Assembly (NCBI RefSeq): GCF_001194135.2
Contig: NC_068997.1
Location: 23,251,541-23,289,575, forward strand
Length of the DNA: 38,035 bases
Direction of reading: 5' to 3'
Origin: Octopus bimaculoides
Taxonomy: Eukaryota
Shown piece after piece: positions 12,690 through 24,731 of this stretch. Positions within the stretch are counted from its first letter, which is position 1. Each line of letters opens with the position of its first letter. Under the pieces are notes generated by a model, which ran no database searches, was not told the origin of the DNA, and saw only the letters and a list, made by a program, of their open reading frames with translations. The translations under genes were made by a program, and so were the position numbers.

Positions 12690-13480
12690 CTATATTAGTA
12701 AGCATGGATATTGTCTTGAGGTTTCGTGACAACAAGTCTTCTCAAATATCAAGAATCTTTCTTAGGACTTTCGCAGACTACAGGATTGCACTTTTCAACA
12801 ATCCGCGTCTCAATTCCAATACACTTATGCCTCTTAGTGGCAGTTTCATTGGACCCATTACCACAAGAATGATTATCAAATTAGTCTCCCACAATCTTTT
12901 CATCTCTTTGGTTAGGTGCTAATATTTCTTAACTTGCTCAATTTCCATGGCATTCACTTTATTATCATGTAGCGTTGCACAGACTAAGATCTATAGGCTG
13001 ATCTTCTTTTGTTCTCTATAATCATATCTGGTCTCCTTGTTTCTATAGTATACTCTTTATGCAAAACCTCCATAAAATTCTCTAATTCTTATTCCTCTGG
13101 TCTGTGTTCACAACCTTGTTGTCTGCTACTTTGAATCCACACACTCAGTTAACATCTCAATGCAGTCTTTTACCTACATGGTCAAGCCTGCGCTTACATT
13201 CATTTTTTACTAATTTACTGCATTCACTCAAGAGATGATTAATATTTTCGTCTCCTTTCCCACAGATTCTGCCTTCGCTCCCTCTCAGAATAATTCAACC
13301 CAATAACTTTGTTAAATGTTCTTACAACTTGGATTAGAGAATCGAGGTCTTTCTCACTTCTTGCATGCAGTTTGAAGTTATCCATATAAAGTAGGTCACA
13401 TATTTTTACCTCGGTTTTGGCAAACCGATAGGCAGGCCAAGATTTTCTGTGTTCTATTCAGACGGATTAACGCTGAGGAG
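12690..13480 (-). mobile_element. Decayed, internally deleted R4/Dong-like REL non-LTR retrotransposon (RT core, CCHC knuckle, PD-(D/E)xK endonuclease, 3' end)
   Basis: Minus-strand translation gives ICDLLYMDNFKLHARSEKDLDSLIQVVRTF (YMDN 13388-13377, a YxDD relic), GRICGKGDENINHLLSECSKL (CCHC relic), RRPDMII (13034-13026) and KKY*HLTKEMKRLWE...SAKVLRKILDI* (stop 12744-12742). It carries stops and frameshifts. Confidence 0.85.
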
Positions 13481-13949
13481 AAAATCTTCATATTTCTCTT
13501 GGTTTTAGTTTGGTTATTTCGTTGTTTAACCCAAATTAATTCTGATCAAGTACGTTTATAATCTCTAGAGAAGTAACCAACGGCGGTGTTACAGCTGCGA
13601 CTATCAGTCTTTGTTTATTTATTTGTTTGTGGATGGCAGAGGTAAACAAAGACTTCTCTCGTTAACGAGGACAACCTGTGATTTAAATGATATGAGGATG
13701 CTTATTTCTAGCACCTCCGACAACCACATAAAAGGCTGCCTCATTGACTTGTTTTCGCCGTCGTTTCTGTTGTGGTTAGTGATTTTCTATCGCTTTTAGA
13801 GGGGGGCAATTAAAGATTATAAAGATGCCGCCGTTCGTAGCATCAAAAATACGAAAAAGAAAACAAAATTCATTTCCAGCAAAACGTCGCACATCATAAA
13901 AAATGCAGCCAACACCAACACCATCACCACCACCATGTGGTTGTGCATG

Positions 13950-13953
13950 TAGC

Positions 13954-14035
<82 letters not shown>

Positions 14036-14055
14036 ACTGCAGCAGTAGCAGTAGT
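13950..14055. repeat. (AGT)n microsatellite
   Basis: Long pure run of AGT. Confidence 0.95.
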
Positions 14056-14273
14056 GTTTTAATGTTGGTGGCTGTGTTAATGATGGTGGCGATGGTGATA
14101 ATGGCCGTGGTTGTTGGCGTTCGNNNNNNNNNNNNNNNNNNNNNNNNNNNNNNNNNNNNNNNNNNNNNNNNNNNNNNNNNNNNNNNNNNNNNNNNNNNNT
14201 GGTGGTGGCTTCCGTGGTGGTAGCAGTGTTAATAGTCAATAAATTAGTCTTGGAAATTGTAGGGGTCGGTAGA

Positions 14274-14315
<42 letters not shown>

Positions 14316-14754
14316 ACATATGTGTGTGCGCGCGTGCGCGCATGTCTGTGTGCGCGCGCGCAAAATATAAAAAAAATAAAGAAAAAAGTAATAAAAAAAA
14401 CACTGGAGCGAAATCCTTACAAATCGTTATTTATTGCTAGTTTTTTGCTTGTTCGCCCTAAGATAATCTCAGGCGACAAATAGTCGGCCATTTAAACTAA
14501 ACCGCTCAACGACAAAAATGGCTTCCTGTAAAAGGTTTAAACGCCAAAACACACCTCGTAAAATATATAACACTGACAGCAACAACAGTAGCAGCAACAA
14601 CAATATTTACGATAACAACAATGTGAAGTCAACGACTGATCATTTGCGTTGTCATTCGACTTGATGAAACCAGCCTCTAAACCTGTATCCATTCACATAC
14701 CGTGGCGTGTAACGAAAGTGATATTAGAATAACTGATAATGTCGTTGTTTCATC

Positions 14755-14897
14755 GCTTACTTGCTTTAGTCATTGGCCAGCGGTCATACTGGGGCATCGC
14801 TTTGAAGAGTGAAGTGGAATAAACCGACACCAGTAGTTATTTTAAAGTCTAGTACTTATTCTATCGGTCATTTTTGCCGAACCGCTAAGTTGCGGGG
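14755..14897 (-). mobile_element. SINE family A 3' module
   Basis: Reverse complement of the 4150-4285 module (CTAGTACTTATTCTATCGGTC...CCGAACCGCTAAGTT). Confidence 0.75.
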
Positions 14898-15843
14898 TGG
14901 GGGTGGGCGTAAATACACCATGCATATACGTATGTATGTATGTATATATATATATATATNNNNNNNNNNNNNNNNNNNNNNNNNNNNNNNNNNNNNNNNN
15001 NNNNNNNNNNNNNNNNNNNNNNNNNNNNNNNNNNNNNNNNNNNNNNNNNNNNNNNNNNNNNNNNNNNNNNNNNNNNNNNNNNNNNNNNNNNNNNNNNNNN
15101 NNNNNNNNNNNNNNNNNNNNNNNNNNNNNNNNNNNNNNNNNNNNNNNNNNNNNNNNNNNNNNNNNNNNNNNNNNNNNNNNNNNNNNNNNNNNNNNNNNNN
15201 NNNNNNNNNNNNNNNNNNNNNNNNNNNNNNNNNNNNNNNNNNNNNNNNNNNNNNNNNNNNNNNNNNNNNNNNNNNNNNNNNNNNNNNNNNNNNNNNNNNN
15301 NNNNNNNNNNNNNNNNNNNNNNNNNNNNNNNNNNNNNNNNNNNNNNNNNNNNNNNNNNNNNNNNNNNNNNNNNNNNNNNNNNNNNNNNNNNNNNNNNNNN
15401 NNNNNNNNNNNNNNNNNNNNNNNNNNNNNNNNNNNNNNNNNNNNNNNNNNNNNNNNNNNNNNNNNNNNNNNNNNNNNNNNNNNNNNNNNNNNNNNNNNNN
15501 NNNNNNNNNNNNNNNNNNNNNNNNNNNNNNNNNNNNNNNNNNNNNNNNNNNNNNNNNNNNNNNNNNNNNNNNNNNNNNNNNNNNNNNNNNNNNTGTGTGT
15601 GTGTGTGTGTGTTAAATATGTGACATGTTACGCGCAGTCACCTCGGTATTTAGTTGTGGGTGTAAATATATACGGATATGGGTGATATGAGTATATATAT
15701 ATATATGTGTGTGTGTGTGCGTATGTGTGTGCGTGTGTGTGCGTATGTACGTGTGTGCGTGTGTGCGTGTGTGTATGTGTGTATTCACGTTTCACGTTTT
15801 GATTTGTGCTCGGGATTCTCTTTCGGATTTTTTACGCATATCA

Positions 15844-15908
<65 letters not shown>

Positions 15909-16303
15909 TATCTCTTACTGTCATACTGACACACTAAACCCCCTACCAAGCACTGTTTATGTGTTTCGCCCTGCGGTGCTCGTCATTCGCTGCCCCTCGT
16001 GGCAATAAAGAAATCTTCCTCATTATTATCATTCTTGTCCTTATTATTATCATTATTATCATTATTATTATTATTATAATTATTTTGTTGTAGTGGCAAT
16101 TGTTAAGGATGTTCAATGTTTTATATGTTTTATGTGTTCGGCTTTTATTTTAATCCTGTCGACCGGCAAACGAGCTAGCAATATGCTGTCTTGTTTATTA
16201 CTGTTTTATGATTGCCGTAAGCGACCTCAGCTCGTACAGTATTTCTTTCTTTATTTACTTACTTATTTATGATGCTATCGTGTCGGACCCTTTGCTGTAA
16301 TAC

Positions 16304-16334
<31 letters not shown>

Positions 16335-16600
16335 TATATGTTTGTGTATGTGTTTTTGTGGTTAGAAAAGAAAAGGAGGACATACAGATTACACATCATA
16401 AACATTGGAGTGCCGAGAGTCCCCTTTTCACGCTCTCGCTCCCGATCTCGCTCTCGCTCTCGCTGTCTAATCTCTTTCATTCATTGCTTGTGGCAGTTTT
16501 ATAATGTCGTGTTTGTTCTGAGGATGTTTTAGGAGAGAAAAGGGCGTGAACGTCCTTTTCTCGTAAATAAAGATAAAACCAGACACGAAACCACTGAGTC

Positions 16601-16647
<47 letters not shown>

Positions 16648-16732
16648 CAACAACAACAACAATAATAATGATAATAACAATAACAACAACAACAATAATA
16701 ATAATTATTATTATTTCTTTATTGCCCACAAG

Positions 16733-16984
16733 GGGCTAAACATAGACGGGACAAACAAGGACAGACAAAACGATTAAGTCGATTACATCGACCCCAGTGT
16801 GTAACTGGGACTTATTTAATCGACCCCGAAAGGATGAAAGGCAAAGTCGACCTCGGCGGAATTTGAACTCCGAACGTAACNNNNNNNNNNAAGTCGACCT
16901 CGGCGGAATTTGAACTCCGAACGTAACGGCAGACGAAATACCGCTAAGTATTTCGCCCGGCGTGCTAACGATTCTGCCAGCTCG
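16733..16984 (-). mobile_element. tRNA-derived SINE (family C) within (AAT)n tracts
   Basis: Minus strand GAGCTGGCAGAATCGTTAGCACGCCGGGCGAAAT...GAGTTCAAATTCCGCCGAGGTCGAC. It is interrupted by a 10-N gap with an overlap duplication. Confidence 0.9.
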
Positions 16985-17032
16985 ATAATAATAACAATTA
17001 TAATAACAACGATCATATTAATAATAATAATA

Positions 17033-17077
<45 letters not shown>

Positions 17078-17139
17078 AATGATAATAATAATAAGAAGAA
17101 GAACGATAATAATAATAATAATTGTAGTAGTAGTAATAT

Positions 17140-17356
17140 TAATCCTTTCTGCTATAGACACAAGGCTTTGAAACTTTGGAGAGGGGTAAGTTTATTACAT
17201 CGACCGTAGTGCATATCTGATACTTATTTCATCGATTCCGAAAGGATGAAAGGCAAAGTCGACCTCGGCGGAATTTGAGCTCAGAACGTAACGGCAGACG
17301 AAATACCGCTAAGCATTTCACCCGGCGTGTTAACGTTTCTGCCAGCTCGCCGCCTT
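17140..17356 (-). mobile_element. tRNA-derived SINE (family C)
   Basis: Full head AAGGCGGCGAGCTGGCAGAAACGTTAACACGCCGGG...; homologous to 16733-16984. Confidence 0.9.
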
Positions 17357-18917
17357 ACATAAGACACAAATAACAATAACAATAATGAAGAAATTAGTAA
17401 CAACGAGATTTTCTAATATAGGGCAAAGGCTAAATAGGGGCCATTAACTCCACAGATTCCAAGTCATCCCACTCGCTAAGACTATCACGCTTATTGCTTC
17501 TGTGCCTGTTACAAATATATCAGCCTACAGGTTCGTATTAGAGTAAGATCGTTCACTCGAGCTATTTTCGCAAAATTCACCTAACATTTTACAAATTTAT
17601 TACGAGCAAAGACCTAAATGATATCACCATAAGTGACGAAAAAGATGATAGTTTTGATGATGTTGATGATGACAAGGACGATGCGAGCTGGGTTAGAATG
17701 GTGTTGACTGACCATACGCGAATCAATAAATAAATAAAGAGGATGATAGTGATGAGCTAGTTGCTAGGGGTGAAATTGAGACGTCGCTCTTAAAACGTTA
17801 AAACAATAAAACCGTGAAAGGTATAGTGACAGTTATGAGAATCAGAAAGGGAACGAGGGTTGGGTTGGAAGATAATCGAAGAGCGAGAGGGGTTAAGAGG
17901 GAGAGAAAGAGAGAGGAAAGAGAAAGAGAGAGCCAGAGAGTGAGAGAGAAAGAAACAGAGAGACTAATAGATAGAAGAGGATGGGAGATTCGGCAATAGA
18001 TGGAGGTTAATAAGAGGATAGACGAAAGTTCTGGAAAAAAATAATAACCGAGTCGAAGAGTATGAGAAGACAGTAAGGAGGAAGAAAACAATAAAGGAAA
18101 CAGCAAGATTTGCAGGTTTAGCTATAATATATATATATATACATACAATATATACATGTATATATATATATATATATNNNNNNNNNNNNNNNNNNNNNNN
18201 NNNNNNNNNNNNNNNNNNNNNNNNNNNNNNNNNNNNNNNNNNNNNNNNNNNNNNNNNNNNNNNNNNNNNNNNNNNNNNNNNNNNNNNNNNNNNNNNNNNN
18301 NNNNNNNNNNNNNNNNNNNNNNNNNNNNNNNNNNNNNNNNNNNNNNNNNNNNNNNNNNNNNNNNNNNNNNNNNNNNNNNNNNNNNNNNNNNNNNNNNNNN
18401 NNNNNNNNNNNNNNNNNNNNNNNNNNNNNNNNNNNNNNNNNNNNNNNNNNNNNNNNNNNNNNNNNNNNNNNNNNNNNNNNNNNNNNNNNNNNNNNNNNNN
18501 NNNNNNNNNNNNNNNNNNNNNNNNNNNNNNNNNNNNNNNNNNNNNNNNNNNNNNNNNNNNNNNNNNNNNNNNNNNNNNNNNNNNNNNNNNNNNNNNNNNN
18601 NNNNNNNNNNNNNNNNNNNNNNNNNNNNNNNNNNNNNNNNNNNNNNNNNNNNNNNNNNNNNNNNNNNNNNNNNNNNNNNNNNNNNNNNNNNNNNNNNNNN
18701 NNNNNNNNNNNNNNNNNNNNNNNNNNNNNNNNNNNNNNNNNNNNNNNNNNNNNNNNNNNNNNNNNNNNNNNNNNNNNNNNNNNNNNNNNNNNNNNNNNNN
18801 NNNNNNNNNNNNNNATATTTTCGATTTATAATTGTTTCCTTGAAAATCAATCTCGTGAGCATTATGTATTTGTCAGTGCGTGAGTGCATGAGGTTATGCG
18901 TGTATGTACACACATGA

Positions 18918-18970
<53 letters not shown>

Positions 18971-19116
18971 CACACACAAACGCACACACACATTCACTCA
19001 CACACTCACTCACTCACATGTACGTCTATATTTATGTGTGTAACTGAAAACATTCCTATAACAGTATTATGTTTCTCGAACCAAAAATTCCTGCTTGTTT
19101 GGGATTTTATTATTCA

Positions 19117-19437
19117 TGAAGGCGCGTGGCTCAATGGTTAAGGATATACGGCTCACAATTAAAAGGTCGTGAGTTCAATTTCCTGTGGCACGTTGTGTCT
19201 TTGAGCAAGACACTTTATTTCTCGTTGCTCAACTCCAATCAACAGGCAAAAATGTGTATTGCCTGTATTTCAAAGGGCCAGCCTTATCACATTCTCTGTC
19301 AGGCTGAATTTCCCTGAGAACTCTGTTAAGCTTATGCATTTTTGTGGAGAGCTCTGCCACTTGCATGTTCATTTCACGAACTCGCTCTTCGGTTAATCGA
19401 ATCAAATGACACTTTCGTCGCCGTAACCGACGAAGTA
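19117..19437 (+). mobile_element. tRNA-derived SINE (family B head, different body)
   Basis: GAAGGCGCGTGGCTCAATGGTT...GTGAGTTCAATTTCC...GAGCAAGACACTTTATTTC shares its head with 2235-2557, but the body diverges after about 110 nt. Confidence 0.8.
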
Positions 19438-20049
19438 CATGTACGAAGATACATAATGTAATTTGAAATTTATTAGAATATATTTACATGCGTTTAAGAA
19501 ACAGATACAAATTAACTTATCAAAAGCCTATAACTATATTCAAATATTTCTCATATGTTTTATTAATCTATGAAAATAAAAAGTGATTCCATTTCTGTAA
19601 TTTTTTCATAGGATTGTACCTGATCAAAGACAGAAAATTGCGAAAGATTTGAAGATCTGAGGTTGAGGTTAGTCAAATTTAATATATTATTTACATCGCT
19701 CATTTGCATGTCCTTTTTTCATTTTCAAAATATATATTTGAAAGTATTTTATTATTTTCAGTCAGCAGAAGTCACAAAGTTACTCAAGTGCCCAAAGTTT
19801 CGGGTATGGCAAATAGTATCAAACTTTACAAAGTACCAAGCAGGAATCGTCTCGATTTTTGCATTACGACTTCTCCCGATTAAAAAATAGCATTATGACT
19901 ATTTTCATCTATAAAGTTCTTTTTATCTTGAGTGTTCAAGCTCATTTGAACGTATAAATACTTGAGTATCAAAGTTTCAGTCAAGTACTGGATTTAACGG
20001 AATCAGCTAACCCTTTCCCCTCGAAAATCGCTGTCCACGTGCCTGCGCG

Positions 20050-20253
20050 TTAACAGAGTCGTTAGCATGCCGGACGAAATATTCGCCACGTTTCTTCCGA
20101 ATTAACGTTATGAGTACAAATTTTGCCAAAGTCGACACTACCTTTCATCCTTTCAGAGCCCATTAAATAACTCCCAGTTGAGCACTAGGGGTCAATGAAG
20201 TCGACTAGACCCCTCCAAAAAAGTTTCAGGCTTTGTACATATTGTAGAAAGGA
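20050..20253 (+). mobile_element. Diverged SINE (family C)
   Basis: GTTAGCATGCCGGACGAAAT...GTCGAC...CTTTCATCCTTTC...GTCGACTAG, homologous to the other family C copies. Confidence 0.75.
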
Positions 20254-21039
20254 TGAGTATTATTATTTAACATCATATTTTCAACAGGTTTTTATGAGTG
20301 TCTAATACACCAAAAAGAGTCCCCTTCCATGTTTCTGAGGTGTGTTGCAATATTTCATTTAGGCGATGCCGGCTTCTGTTTGTATGCATCAACAGTTTTG
20401 CTTTGTTTGGGGTTTTGATGTTACTGACGTTAATCGTAGTTATTTTCCATTTTGATTGTCGACGAATGTATTTATACACGCTGTATGGCTGATATTGCGT
20501 GTTTAAATGTCGAACAGTGATTGCGTAGATTATGTGGTGTATGGCCTGTATTGTATTCATAAAGAAGGTAGCAGCTGTCTATATTTAGAACTTTGTGACT
20601 CGTTGGTATCATGATGTCGTGTATCGAGGACGTAAGAGGCTGCGTGTAAATACATTGGATGCTGCTTGGATTGTGATAATGAATTTAGAAGACGTTGACT
20701 GTACCTAAAAGGGATATGTTTCGATCTGTGTGTCTGTGATTGTAATTGCAGCTGTTCCTTGGAGCTGGCAGGTCTCACTCCCCTACCATTAAAACAACAC
20801 CTCCTCACTCGTCTTAACCCCTTTCGTCACCCTTCTTGGGTTAAAGTCCTGCATTAACCAATACGTGCAATCCATTCTCCTAGGAACAAGGGTCGTTTGT
20901 ATTCACCTGAATGATCAGAGATATTAACTGGCATCAGTTGAATGGAACATTAAGGAAAAGATTGCAAGATCCATGGGCAGCGCTCCTCCAGAAAATCCTT
21001 GTGTTCCATTGTAAAGATTCCATGCGCTTATTCTTATAC

Positions 21040-21190
21040 GCTTTTTACTTGTTTCAGTCATTTGCCTGAGGCTTTGTAGGGCTTTTAGTCGAATGAATCG
21101 ACCCTAGGACTTACTTTTAAAGCCTAGTACGTATTATATCGGTTTCTTTTGCCGAACAGCTAGTTTACAGGGACGTAAACACACCGAACC
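21040..21190 (-). mobile_element. SINE family A 3' module
   Basis: TTTACTTGTTTCAGTCATTTG...AGCCTAGTAC...GCCGAAC is the reverse complement of the 4140-4285 module. Confidence 0.75.
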
Positions 21191-21224
21191 GCTAATTTAC
21201 GTATATACAAGTGTGTGTGTGTGT

Positions 21225-21425
21225 GTGTTCATGTTTGTCTTTCCATCACCGCTTGACAATCGGTATTGGTGTGTTTACGTCCCCGTAAACTAGCGGTTCG
21301 GCAATAGACACCGATCGAATAAGCACTATGCTTAAGAAATAGGTCCTGGGATCGGTTTGTTCGACTAAAACCCTTTAAGGCGGCGCTCCAGCCTGGTCGT
21401 AGTTAAATGACAGAAACAATGAAGA
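21225..21425 (+). mobile_element. SINE family A 3' module
   Basis: CGCTTGACAATCG...GGTGTGTTTACGTCCCCGTAAACTAGCGGTTCGGCAA...GGCGGCGCTCCAGC...AAATGACAGAAACAA matches 4110-4280. Confidence 0.8.
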
Positions 21426-21462
21426 TAATAAAGTAATATATATATATGTGTATACACACACT

Positions 21463-21528
<66 letters not shown>

Positions 21529-22214
21529 NNNNNNNNNNNNNNNNNNNNNNNNNNNNNNNNNNNNNNNNNNNNNNNNNNNNNNNNNNNNNNNNNNNNNNNN
21601 NNNNNNNNNNNNNNNNNNNNNNNNNNNNNNNNNNNNNNNNNNNNNNNNNNNNNNNNNNNNNNNNNNNNNNNNNNNNNNNNNNNNNNNNNNNNNNNNNNNN
21701 NNNNNNNNNNNNNNNNNNNNNNNNNNNNNNNNNNNNNNNNNNNNNNNNNNNNNNNNNNNNNNNNNNNNNNNNNNNNNNNNNNNNNNNNNNNNNNNNNNNN
21801 NNNNNNNNNNNNNNNNNNNNNNNNNNNNNNNNNNNNNNNNNNNNNNNNNNNNNNNNNNNNNNNNNNNNNNNNNNNNNNNNNNNNNNNNNNNNNNNNNNNN
21901 GGTTTATATAATATTTTTTATAAAATTTCTCTTAGTCTTAAAATGTCTTATAACCAGAGTTTAATAAATAATTTCTAATACACGTAGAAGGTTCCAGTGA
22001 CACGTGGAAAGGATCATGGATTTTGGCGAAAAGTAAAATTACATGAAATCTTTGATGCTAATGTGTACCCAACCGATGAATTAGTTTTGGGAATTGTCTT
22101 TTCTTCTGTGCAAATATTGTCTGTAGTTGTCTTCTTTTCTGTGAATGGTTGTTGTTTATTATCTATCTGTCTATCTATATATCTATCTATCTATCTATTC
22201 ACCATGATAGATCG

Positions 22215-22400
22215 CTGACCACTACACATATATTTTCTTCTCTCTTTGTTTCTCTCCTTCTTTCTTTGTGTGTTCCTTTCTGTTGAAGAGCGTAGGCTCG
22301 AAACGTTAAAGACTTTCTCTATTCCCGAGCGTTATACTAATACATTCATTTGTTGTTTACACCAGTTGTCTTCGTCTGTTGTTTTTCGTGAATTCTCCCA
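22215..22400 (+). mobile_element. Short non-autonomous repeat with a hammerhead-like motif (family H1, Penelope pLTR-like), copy 1
   Basis: Homologous along its length to 26908-27057 (-) and 28565-28750 (+): TG(A/G)CC(A/G)CTA, T-rich stretch, hammerhead-like motif, then GAGCGT...CTAATACA...TTGTTGTT. It ends at (TCTA)n. Confidence 0.7.
22276..22311 (+). ncRNA. Minimal type I hammerhead-like motif, variant core
   Basis: CTTT-CTGTTGA-A-GAGC(GTAG)GCTC-GAAA-CG-TT-AAAG: stem I CUUU/AAAG, 4-bp stem II, palindromic ACGU stem III, A6 changed to U, GUU triplet. Confidence 0.55.
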
Positions 22401-22458
<58 letters not shown>

Positions 22459-22601
22459 AGTGTCTGTCTATGTATATTTCTATTTACCTTAGAGTCTCAG
22501 TCTGATACATGATATGAACAAGACCAAAAATAAAAATGTAGTACAGGAGGGACAAGTTAACAAACGTTGTCTTGCTTGAAAATCAGACGGGACAGAATTT
22601 C

Positions 22602-22630
22602 AACATTTTGGACGTTAGTCCTTCATCAAA
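22602..22630 (-). ncRNA. Decayed hammerhead-like motif (family H3)
   Basis: The minus strand reads TTGATGA-A-GGAC(TAAC)GTCC-AAAA-TG-TT. This differs from CTGATGA-A-GGAC(TAAC)GTCC-GAAA-CG-TT by three transitions, two of them at CpG sites. Confidence 0.45.
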
Positions 22631-22723
22631 ATATAAAATGCTTCGAAAGAATGAGAGAGCGGGAAATCTGTCTCTCAGTCATTCGGTCTGTCGGACTGTC
22701 TATCTGCTTCTCTCTCTCCACCC

Positions 22724-22815
<92 letters not shown>

Positions 22816-23094
22816 TTACTTACATATATTTATCAGTTTGACTGCTTCGTTAGCTTGCAACAGATCAGTGACTTCCTAATATCATGTATTATGATGTCCA
22901 TTGTTTTGCTTTAATTATCTATATACGTTATTCTATGGCATTTTCGGTATATACACACGCACAGGCTATACTTGTGTTTATACTCACATATGTATTTATT
23001 CATGCGTAAGCATATGTGTGCGTGTACATGTAAGTGCATAAATTATACATACATACATATATACATATATATTTATATATGTAAGTATACCTTG

Positions 23095-23143
<49 letters not shown>

Positions 23144-23938
23144 NNNNNNNNNNNNNNNNNNNNNNNNNNNNNNNNNNNNNNNNNNNNNNNNNNNNNNNNN
23201 NNNNNNNNNNNNNNNNNNNNNNNNNNNNNNNNNNNNNNNNNNNNNNNNNNNNNNNNNNNNNNNNNNNNNNNNNNNNNNNNNNNNNNNNNNNNNNNNNNNN
23301 NNNNNNNNNNNNNNNNNNNNNNNNNNNNNNNNNNNNNNNNNNNNNNNNNNNNNNNNNNNNNNNNNNNNNNNNNNNNNNNNNNNNNNNNNNNNNNNNNNNN
23401 NNNNNNNNNNNNNNNNNNNNNNNNNNNNNNNNNNNNNNNNNNNNNNNNNNNNNNNNNNNNNNNNNNNNNNNNNNNNNNNNNNNNNNNNNNNNNNNNNNNN
23501 NNNNNNNNNNNNNNNNNNNNNNNNNNNNNNNNNNNNNNNNNNNNNNNNNNNNNNNNNNNNNNNNNNNNNNNNNNNNNNNNNNNNNNNNNNNNNNNNNNNN
23601 NNNNNNNNNNNNNNNNNNNNNNNNNNNNNNNNNNNNNNNNNNNNNNNNNNNNNNNNNNNNNNNNNNNNNNNNNNNNNNNNNNNNNNNNNNNNNNNNNNNN
23701 NNNNNNNNNNNNNNNNNNNNNNNNNNNNNNNNNNNNNNNNNNNNNNNNNNNNNNNNNNNNNNNNNNNNNNNNNNNNNNNNNNNNNNNNNNNNNNNNNNNN
23801 NNNNNNNNNNNNNNNNNNNNNNNNNNNNNNNNNNNNNNNNNNNNNNNNNNNNNNNNNNNNNNNNNNNNNNNNNNNNNNNNNNNNNNNNNNNNNNNNNNNN
23901 NNNNNNNNNNNNNNNNNNNNNNNNNNNNNNNNNNNNNN

Positions 23939-23978
<40 letters not shown>

Positions 23979-24482
23979 CACATCTCTCTCTCTTACTCTC
24001 TCTCTCTCTGTATATATATGTATATATACACATCTCTCTCTCTCACTCTGTAAATATATATATATATATATACACACAGATGTATATACACACGTACGCA
24101 TACATGCGCGTGCACGCGTATACACACACACACACACGCTCAGACGCACACATATCCACAAGCTGAATGAGATAAGTAGTCACCGCGCAGTGTGGAAGTA
24201 AAGACGTATTTCAGGATCAGGTTACAGAAGAAGGGCATATAAATTATGTACGGCTTAATGTAAGGTTGAAGGTAAATGAAAACACTCCTAGATACACACA
24301 CACACATGTACACACACACATACACATACTCGCACAATAATAACAATAACAACAAAAATAGAGAAAACAACATGAGACCTATAACGAAAGACGGTAAGGA
24401 GGAAACAAGATCAATAATAGCAACAACCGAAAGGAATAGGATGATGGCGATGACGACGACCACGGCGTCGACGACGATGATG

Positions 24483-24555
<73 letters not shown>

Positions 24556-24668
24556 CAACAACAACAACGACATCTATAGCAGACAAATAACGGTAAGTAT
24601 AATACATTCAAAGCGGGAAGAATGCTGGGGAGTATGTTTGTGAAGATTTAAATAATAATAATAATAAC

Positions 24669-24731
<63 letters not shown>

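Noticed and set aside
16844-16927. Exact 37-nt direct repeat inside a SINE
   Set aside because: The two copies directly flank a 10-N gap, typical of an unmerged contig overlap (assembly artefact).
20589-20631. AG...GTAAGA-bounded 43-nt segment encoding NFVTRWYHDVVYRG
   Set aside because: It only loosely echoes the kinase VTRWYR motif, lacks APE, has no partner exons, and such short matches arise by chance.
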